A stretch of DNA of 64,000 bases from the human T2T-CHM13v2.0 reference genome, Homo sapiens, in NCBI RefSeq assembly GCF_009914755.1, contig NC_060926.1. One strand, given 5' to 3'. The notes beneath the pieces were generated by a model. The model was given only the letters and a program-made list of their open reading frames with translations, ran no database searches and was not told where the DNA came from. The position numbers and the translations under genes were made by a program. How positions within the stretch are numbered: position 1 is the first letter of the stretch; each line of letters opens with the position of its first letter. This document shows positions 54,860-64,000 of the stretch, piece by piece.

Positions 54860-55303
54860 GGAAGGAGGTATTCTTTTCACAATAAGAAAACAGACACTCT
54901 GGTCTTGTACCAAGTGCCTAGGTGGGGGTAAACCTAGAAAATGTTTCCCTTGCCTTTAACAGACATCAGTGGTAGGTAAAAAACTTTCTTTCCTATGCAA
55001 ATGGATGAGTCTAAGGTGAATACTGTCGTCATCCTACATAAGAACAACTTCAAATATTTTCTTGGAGTGTAAGAAATATCTAAAGCACCACAGAAAAGAG
55101 AAAAATGACAGTATGTATATTTCCAAGCAACATACAGTTAAAATGGCAATTTAAGATGCCTCACTAATAACTTTCTGAAAATTAGGCATTCTTTCTTAGC
55201 TATAAAGCAAAATAATCTAACATAAGAATATAATTTAGAAAGCATTATGTTTCAATAGTCATCTTGTAAAGATGGCTAAAATAAATAAACATAAACCACT
55301 CAC

Positions 55304-55421
55304 CTATGACCTGAATTTTCCTTTATTCCTGTCCATCCCTTGAACAGGCTTTGATGCAAATCCCAGTCAGCATCCCACATATCTTCCTGCATGGCTACAC
55401 CAGGCTGCACTTTGGGTTCAG
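55304..55421 (-). CDS. TMEM131: TMEM131 coding exon (SEPKVQPGVAMQEDMWDADWD...ENSGH)
   Basis: gttttag| acceptor, AG|GTGAGT donor, 118 nt, phase 1->2. Confidence 0.94.
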
Positions 55422-55591
55422 CTAAAACAAGGAAACATACTTAACCTGCATCTATACTCACTTGTCAATTTTCCTTCAAATAATTTCTATAGTAACAAAA
55501 GACAGCAATGTACTTTAAAAGTGGCGGCCTCTTACTAAAAGAGTATTTTGGGGGAAGTGAAGACATGAGAGAGAACAGCAAGGTCACTTAC

Positions 55592-55667
55592 ATTTGGATA
55601 GAAAAGGCAAGCCAACATAGCAATGATCCCCACACTGTAGTCCAGGATCAAAATAAATGTTTGCAAT
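55592..55667 (-). CDS. TMEM131: TMEM131 coding exon (IANIYFDPGLQCGDHCYVGLPFLSK)
   Basis: ctttatag| acceptor, |GTAAGT donor, 76 nt, phase 0->1. Confidence 0.94.
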
Positions 55668-55766
55668 CTATAAAGAGGCACAGGAGAACCATGAATCCCA
55701 AATCCACAGGAGGTCATAAAACAAAATGTTAACCAATGGGAATTCTCAAATATAATATCTTCAAAC

Positions 55767-55919
55767 CTTTGATTTTTTTCCTGGCTCCAAGTCTTCCTTA
55801 TTGCCCCGTAATCGTTTATAGTAAAATCGCACATCTTCTGACAAAGATCGTATTTGCTGTATTTTTACCTTCTGTGAGAAGGAATTCATAATATTTAAAC
55901 TTTGATGAACTATTTTCCC
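55767..55919 (-). CDS. TMEM131: TMEM131 coding exon (GKIVHQSLNIMNSF...LEPGKKSK)
   Basis: ttccttcag| acceptor, AAG|GTTTGA donor, 153 nt, phase 0->0. Confidence 0.93.
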
Positions 55920-56436
55920 CTGAAGGAAGAAAGCAAAGAACAAACTCATTTGTATATGGTTAAATTTTCTTAAGATCACAAGTTTCAGAGTAGACAAGCA
56001 TACTTCTAGGAAACCAAAGCCCAAAAGACATCTTAGAATGTTCATCAATTGATAATCTTTAAATTGTAATCAACAGCCAAAAAACCTCACCAAAAAACTT
56101 TTTTTTCTTGCTGTGGCATGTTACAGAAAAATCAGGAGGACAAATCTTTGCAATCTTGTGACAACTGATTGACGTTAACATTCACACTTTCATGTTAAGA
56201 TACTGAGGATGCCAACAAAGGTACAAACAGAGATAGCTTTAGATAAAGGGAATGGTTACTTTCAGTTTGGTAAGCAAGGTTTGTTTACACCCAGGCAAGA
56301 ATGCCCTGAAATCACTGAATTCTAAAATCTAAAGCCAAAGGGGACAAAATCACAATTTTTTTTAAAAGAAAGTCTCTTCATTAGGAAAAATATATGTCAT
56401 TTGTATCAAAGAGAAATTACACATCTTTTGAAATTA

Positions 56437-56827
<391 letters not shown>

Positions 56828-57469
56828 TCACAAGCTTCTGTCTGTGACAGGGTACCAAATTTTAAATTAAAAAATTAAATAATTTACGTAATCCTCCAGA
56901 AGAATATTACAATCTTTCTTTTGGCTGAATACAAAATTTTACTTTTTGTAGATTCCTACTCATTTGAAGAGGTCTCTGAAATGATTAAACCCACTTTTTA
57001 AATATTTGGAATAAAAAATACAGAAGTGAAGAGCGTGCACAGGAAAAAGGGCGCAATGACTGTGACACTGAGGCCAGCGCTCCTCATTTACAGCCCAGTG
57101 AGGCTAAAACACCCGACAGCCAGCAGAGGGCGGGCATGCAGCTGCAATGCCGACAGGAGCCCTCGGGCAGTCACCGCACTTGGCGTACTTGAAATAACTA
57201 CTTCCCTCGTGCCTTGTCTCTTGGGGGTGTGGGGGATCAAAAGAGCTCACAGATATAAATGCTGCTCTCACAATTCTATTCAAATATTAAGCTATGAGTT
57301 ACATGAAATGTTTATTCTGAGGTATTGTTTCCAGTAAGCTCTAGTATTCTCCATCTGATAAAGAGATTGACAGGATTTGGTAATATAGAGGTAATTTAGA
57401 ATTCCAAGCAAGTATCTGGTCCTGTAAGCCTCCTAGAGATATCTGAAAGCTTAATCTGAAGCAGTTCAA

Positions 57470-57872
57470 AACCAACCCCTCTAAATCTCATGCTGAAATG
57501 TGATCCCCAGTGTTGGAGGTGGGGCCCTATGGAAGGTGTCTGGGCCACAGGGGTGGATCCCTCATGAATGGCTTGGTGCGTTCTGACCTCGTAGTAATGA
57601 GTTCTCATGCCATTAGTTCACACAACCACTGGTTGTTAAAAAAGAGCCTGGCACCTCCCTCTCTTCTCTCTTGCCATGTGATCTTTGCACATGCCAGCTC
57701 CTCTTTGCCTTCCAATATGAGTGGAAGCAGCCTAAGGCCCTCACCAATGCAGACACTGGGGCCATGCTTCCTGCACAGTCTCCAGAACTGTGAACCAAAT
57801 ACACCTCTTTTTTAAAAATAAATCACCCAGCCTCAGGGATTCCTTTATAGCAACACAAATGGATCCAGACCA
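57470..57872. mobile_element. MaLR LTR (MSTB-like)
   Basis: aaatctcatgctgaaatgtgatccccagtgttggaggtggggcc...cccagcctcagggattcctttatagcaacacaaatgga. Confidence 0.82.
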
Positions 57873-58189
57873 ACATCTTGTTTTTATACACATGCTTTCT
57901 CATTTATTCCACTCATGGGGCTTTTCACTGTGTCATCTGCTGTCTTCTGAACTGAACTTTTCCCTGCCAGAGTTTACGCAGAGATTAAGGACATCATTGA
58001 TTGAGAAGGTAATGGAAGGAAGAAACATGGCTCTTTTGGATAAATAACGAAGAGTTTAGTATAGTCAGTACAAAGTGGAATGACAGGAAGATGAGGATTT
58101 AATTAAGACCCAAACTTAAATGTGATGAAACTAGTAATTCAAAGTTTGTATTTTTAAGGAGTTAAATATTGAATTCAGGTTTTACTGTA

Positions 58190-58518
58190 AGGGTTGAGTA
58201 TCCCTTATTTAAAATGCTTGGGGCCAGAAGTGTTTTAGATTTTTTTTTTGGAATATTTACATATATATAATGAGATATCTTGGGGACAGAACCCAAGTCT
58301 AAACATGAAATTCATTTATGTTTCATATACATTTATATGCATAGCCTGAAGGTAATTTTATACAACATTTAAAATAATTTTGTGCATGAAGCAAAGTTTT
58401 GACTGGAACCTGTTACAAGAGGTCAGGTGTAGAATTTTCCACTTGTGGTCTCAAAATGTTTCAGATTTGGGAACATTTTGGATTTCAGATTTTTGGGTTA
58501 GGGATGCTCAACTTGCAT
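58190..58518. mobile_element. Tigger4/MER46-like DNA transposon
   Basis: Terminal inverted repeats ggttgagtatccct / agggatgctcaact. Confidence 0.78.
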
Positions 58519-59903
58519 ACAGCATTAAGATTTTGCAATGTCTTGTTTCTCTTAACCCACTACTGTCTCCTACCACTAGGATGTGAGACACTTTTACATC
58601 TGCCCTGGTATTCCTGAATGGACTGCACCATCTTCTTGCAAAAGGCAGCATCTTCTCCTGGTTTTCTCATTTGTTTTGTCTTTGTTCTCCAGGCTCAAAC
58701 TCTAAGCCATATTCCTGCCTCCTCTACCCACCCTCCTCCCCATACTTGTTTCAGTTTGTATGACCTCTTTAGGATATAAGCACAGTTCAAATGATTCACC
58801 TGCAATGTCTCTTGCCTATGTTCCCTCTCCATCATTTGTTCCTTCATCCATACATTATGTACTAAGTGCCTGCTATTGGGAAGAAACGATCTCTCATCCG
58901 TTTCCTAGAGGATCTCAGACTCTCACTGGGGAGGCCAACTTATAAGGAAATATTTATAGCACAATACGAGGCTTGCAGCAAGAGGGGTAATTTCAAAGTA
59001 TTCTAGGATCACACATGAAACAACCAGTATTGTCTAGAGGAGTCAAGAAATCTTCAGAGAGGAGATGACAATGGAATTGAATCTTGAAAGACACGCAGGA
59101 GTTCTTTGAAGGAAGGACAGGAGGAAGGGCATTCGAGGCAAAGAAACAACAAAGGCTTGGAGGTATGAAGGGACTTTACTGCCTCAGCCACAGCCATGCG
59201 CTCAAACTCCCCTTGGCACTTTTCACATGGACTCTGGCCAGTCTGCGGGTTGGCCTCCAGGCACTCTATTGTTACTTTCATCTGTGTCCTCTATTTCTTT
59301 CTGCAGAGAGCCAGTCTTTAAAGCTCAGCTCTGATGATGTCAAGTCTTCACTCAAAAACTTCATATTCCCATGAACTTAAGTGCATTTAAGTTTTTTCCA
59401 TGTTATCACCCCCACAGACCATTCCATTTTCTCTCTTAAAACTTTTCTCAATTCTTGCCAAACTGGACAACTCACTATTGCCTGAACCAACTTCAGACTT
59501 TACTGCCTCTGCATCCCTGTTGAGCTTGCGCCCTGGCCCTAGATTCACGTCTCTGCCACCCCTTCTCCATCTCTGTTGGAAGAAATTCTAAGCTGGCTCC
59601 CATAGCCCCTGCATCAGTGAGACGTGTATTTCCCTCACAGCACTTTATTTTCACTCCTCTTAGGGCAACTTCTACATTCCGCTTTATAGCTCTGAATTGT
59701 GGGTCCATTTCCCTTTCTAGATAGAAAACTTTTTGAGGAAAAGGACTGTATCTCTTTACATCTTCTAAAGAACCTGGTATAATGTCTTTAAAATAAATGA
59801 CTAATAAAGAATAACTGACTTTACTCTAAGATTCTAGGAACACAGAGCTAAAGGCAAAGGCAAAAAACGAGCAATAGAAAAATGTGTGTATTAATGGTCT
59901 TAC

Positions 59904-59990
59904 TGGAAAGGAAGGTGGAAGAACCACGTGCTTAGGGAAGCAGGTCAGTGAGCCTACTGCAATCACAGCCTTCACAGGGATTGTCAGGAT
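59904..59990 (-). CDS. TMEM131: TMEM131 coding exon (ILTIPVKAVIAVGSLTCFPKHVVLPPSFP)
   Basis: cttcacag| acceptor, |GTAAGA donor, 87 nt, phase 0->0. Confidence 0.93.
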
Positions 59991-61343
59991 CTGTGAAGTC
60001 AAGAAGATGATGATAGATAAGTAGTTAAGACTTAGCCTGATCTTGATAACTATTGCATTATATTTTGGGGTTAACCTAATTTTGGGACTAATATTGACAA
60101 TAACCAGCTCCATACCAATATTAAAATCACCCATAGATACTGTTTAATCTGTCCAATGTACTCCATAAAATGTAATGAAATATAACACATTTCCACAGAT
60201 TTCTCAGTGATTCATTGAAAACACGTAAAAAAGACTAAACAACGGGGAAGCAATGAAGACAGATTTTTTAAAAATACAAATATTTTTGTATTTCAAAATA
60301 CAAATAATCTATAAAAATAGATTATTTTAAAAAAGAAAGTCAAACTGTACTCCTAAAACAATGTATGTAAAATCCAGCATATCTAGAGTTATATAGCTTT
60401 TTTTTTGATACAGAAATAGACATCAACCTAATTTTTAAAAATGCACTGAACATTCTAGAGTTAGAATCCCATCCCATACTGTTAGTAACTCTCAAAGCTA
60501 CTTCTCTAGGGTATTTTTCTTAATTCTTATTTTCACCCATATTAACAAAAATTTATCTGAATTCTGAAATGTACTTATTTCTGTCATGAGTGATAACCAT
60601 GAATTCCTCACCTGACATACTCTCAACAAATCATTTATTATTAAATGGCCAATTCTGTTTATTTTATAATTACATTTTTTTTCCACGTGGGAGTTGTGTC
60701 CACTGAAAACATCTATGAGGGCAAAGGTGGTAAGTTGTTGAATTTAGCAGTGCTTGACTTTCCTAAGAGCTTTTAGATATACAATTAAAAACATTTAGGT
60801 CTGGCAGAAATACATCCATTCAAAATCTTACTGAATGCAAAATAAGCTCCACACAGAATATTTTAATTAAAAGCTTAGTAACCTTTAGTCCCTTGACTTT
60901 GAATGACTCATGAAAATATAAATGTGAGCACTCAGATTAGGACATGATCTCCTGATTTTATCTTCCTTTTCAGAAATGTTAGACCCTGACTGCTATTTAT
61001 GATTGTAGGAACAATCAGAGGTATCTAACTCAGGACACTCAGCTGGGGTCTGTGCAATGATATAACCATCTGTTTAAGCAGGTTTCTAACAAAGCAATTC
61101 TAAACGTGCTAAAGGCATTCTTCTGAAGTTGCTTTTTAGGTTAGGAGGGTTGGGTTTTATCAAAAAACTATGAGCCTATGAACATCAATATTCTATAAAC
61201 TATTCTCGAAAGCTCAGTTTTTAAGGTATGAAACTGGTAAACTGTAACTCTGAGTAAACTTAATTCTTTGGTTTCATAAAGACAAGAAAGGACTGACTTA
61301 TTCAGAAAAACCCCACTGCCATGAATCCCCATAAAGTCCTTAC

Positions 61344-61448
61344 CTCATAGTCTGTTGTGATCTGGATGGCTCCATCATGAATCCCCTCTAATTTTTTTGC
61401 AGTAAGTTTGACTCTGAAGACTGCAAAATAGCCTGAAGCTAATGTTAC
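61344..61448 (-). CDS. TMEM131: TMEM131 coding exon (VTLASGYFAVFRVKL...IQITTDYE)
   Basis: tctacag| acceptor, GAG|GTAAGG donor, 105 nt, phase 0->0. Confidence 0.94.
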
Positions 61449-62636
61449 CTGTAGATAGTAGAAATGGTATCATTCATTAGCCTTGTTAGTTGAAGTTTCC
61501 TATTAAAATGGACATGAAGGGTGTAGCGATAAAATGACTAACAAATCCTAACATATACCAGTATGACACTGAATTACCATATCACTGTGTACAAATATCT
61601 CAAAATAGTGTCCATCCCTTGATATTTCTCTACTACACTTGTTCCATGGGCCACTGAAAAAGCTGGTTCCTGAAAGAGGGAGGGGTGTGGTCCTCTTGCT
61701 AATAAAGCTCCTCACTCTTTACCCATGGACCTGTATGGCCAAAGGGGCTGGAGCAGAGGGACACAGCCTTCCACCAACCTTTCAGGCACACTGGAGCCAC
61801 AATTGTATACACAGCTGGCTCTGCTTCAAGCTGTGGATGTCACTCTGTAATGTTAATATTCATATCTTCAGGGCAGCTGAGGTCAGATATAACAAAACAC
61901 CAGACCTATGGCATTCCACGGAAACGTGTTTGTCAACACTCTCTGTGTATAAGGACACTTGCTTTTCCTTTTGTAAAACTGCCCCAAGAAATTCTATTCT
62001 AACCTGCAGATGAGATTATCTGATGCTCCTTCTCACAGATTGTGATTCTAATTCTTTTCCCAGTAGGTATAAACTCCAAGTTCCCCTTTCAGTACTGGTG
62101 AGTGCTGAAACTAATAAATTTGTTTTCTCTTGTTTAGCGCTCTCTGACAACCAACTGTAACATGTTTATTAGACAGGTAAAAATATGTGGGCAGACTCAC
62201 AGTGATCAAACAATGTTTGCCTCACTGATACTGAGGCAGTATCTGGACAGACGTATTATTGCATAATTGAAAATATTTTCTACCAATGTTCAGGGCCATC
62301 TCTTTTTCCCAGTAAACTCAATGAACACAAGGTTAGTTTAGTACCCATGGGAATCTCTCCTGTAATGACACTTGTGTTACAAAAAGATAATTAAAAATTT
62401 GTGTGTTATAGAACTTTTTATGACAAGGCAGAATTAAACCCCTTTGGGTTTCAGTGCCCTCATCATAAAAATAGGGGGTTGAATTACATTACCTATAAGG
62501 TCCTTTTAATAGCAAGTAACCAACACTATTATGAACTGCATAAAAATAATAGTGATACATGTAGCATAGCAATGATCTTCCACTTGCAGTTTAGACATCC
62601 ATCTTACTTTAAGGAGACAATAGAAAGTTTACTTAC

Positions 62637-62771
62637 CGATGATTGATCTGATAAAGAGGATTTTTCAAACTCTGGCAGGCTTGAAATTATTGTAGTTCTA
62701 TTGCCTCTTTCCACAGCTACAAGTTCTATTGATAAACCGTCTCCTATGATATGCCAACTTTTTATAGCCAA
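62637..62771 (-). CDS. TMEM131: TMEM131 coding exon (LAIKSWHIIGDGLSIELV...LSDQSS)
   Basis: tttttaaag| acceptor, TCG|GTAAGT donor, 135 nt, phase 0->0. Confidence 0.93.
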
Positions 62772-62854
62772 CTTTAAAAAAAGATATGAAAATGATTATC
62801 ACAACACAAGCATAAAATCCTTAAATGTGATTTAGAATAAAAACAGGTTTTTAC

Positions 62855-62965
62855 CTCAATTGGATTGCTGTTTATAATTGCAAATAAAATATTACTTGCT
62901 TCTGTAGCACTCAGTACTCCAAAATCTATGAAACGTTCCTCTATTTTGGGGGGCAATACAAAGTA
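62855..62965 (-). CDS. TMEM131: TMEM131 coding exon, most 5' in window (YFVLPPKIEERFIDFG...NSNPIE)
   Basis: ctttccag| acceptor, GAG|GTAAAA donor, 111 nt, phase 0->0; the gene continues beyond the window. Confidence 0.94.
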
Positions 62966-63063
62966 CTGGAAAGATATAAAAGAACCAGATTAAAAAAAAG
63001 TCACATTGATCTAACAATATTATGAAGAGAAAGTAACTATATTAAAGATGTATTAAAGTTCCC

Positions 63064-63220
63064 CCCAAAATTAGCTGGGCATGGTGGTGTGCACCTATAA
63101 TCCCAGCTACTCGGAAGGCTGAGCTCAGGCAGGAGAATCGCTTGAACCCGCAAGCCAAGATTGCACCACTGCACTCCAGCTTGGGAAACACAGCGAGACT
63201 CCATCTAAAAAAAAAAAAAA
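63064..63220 (+). mobile_element. Alu right-arm fragment
   Basis: aaaattagctgggcatggtgg...gcgagactccatct followed by poly-A. Confidence 0.85.
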
Positions 63221-64000
63221 TTACAGTTCTATGCTTTCCTATGCTTTTGTATATATGCATAAAACCACACATTTATACGACATAGTTGAGGGCTTTGTAT
63301 GACGAAAGTCTTTTGAGTAATCAGAAATGAAAACAGCCATGGCTTCTGCTGAGTTGCTATTCTTCCTCTGAGGGCACATGAAAGAGGCAGGAAGCTAAAC
63401 TACTAAGAGAGGTTTAGTGGAACCCTAGGGGATCGGGCAAAAAGCATGTGGTCTCAGCAAGCATCACCAATGATCACTGAAACAAAATAACTGAAGCAGG
63501 AGCGAGACATTACTGAAGGTCCCTCCAGCTCTAAAATTCTAATCGATGCCAACTATTTAAAGGGCTACATTTCTAGATGTCCTAGCTTTCTTTTTATCTT
63601 TCCTAACAGTTTTCTCTCTTATCTAAGCTTCTTTCATTGATCACTCTCAAGATAGCTTTGTTTGGAATTTTTCCCCCTGCTTATTTTCTGTACCAGGAGT
63701 ACCTTCATTGTTTCCTTCTGTGTCATATATAATCTTCCAACTTTGCGTCTTTACTACCTTATTTTCTTCTTTACTATCTGATTCTCTTCTTTGTCCCGAT
63801 ATTTCTTGGTTTTGATCATCTCTTCCCTACGTATATCCCTCTTCACCTTCCTTGTATTATTCTTTTTCTACCTATCATTTTTCTATTTAGTTCTTTTCTA
63901 TATTCCCCATTATTACAATAGTTTAAAAGCATATCCAAGAGAAAGCAGAATGTGGAAAAGATCTAAGTAGAGACTGTAACTAGAGAAGTCAACTGTATCA

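Noticed and set aside
60270-60305. AT-rich hairpin aaatacaaa-tatt-tttgtattt
   Set aside because: Short and low complexity; expected by chance or slippage

Overview
Primate (human-like) genomic DNA holding the 3' portion of TMEM131 on the minus strand. I traced 26 consecutive GT-AG coding exons from 62965 down to the TAA stop at 7316-7318. They splice in frame into 4035 nt (1344 codons plus stop): a luminal/extracellular segment, one transmembrane helix (WELALYIIISGIMSALFLLVIGTAYL) and a long Ser/Pro/Lys-rich cytosolic tail. A ~0.76-kb 3' UTR follows, with AATAAA at 6570-6575. The first ~3.8 kb is a decayed ERV1-type provirus with nested LTRs. Introns carry many Alus, an old internally deleted L1 and hAT/Tigger DNA transposons. 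I see no foreign or prokaryotic system. The best leads are splicing-level: a 6-nt microexon or recursive site at 21151-21156, an in-frame cassette exon at 36890-37015, re-splicing donors and a NAGNAG acceptor. Other leads are a closely spaced inverted Alu pair, a template-switch micro-inversion and a candidate CTCF site. Repeat subfamily names come from recalled consensus sequences and repeat boundaries are approximate.
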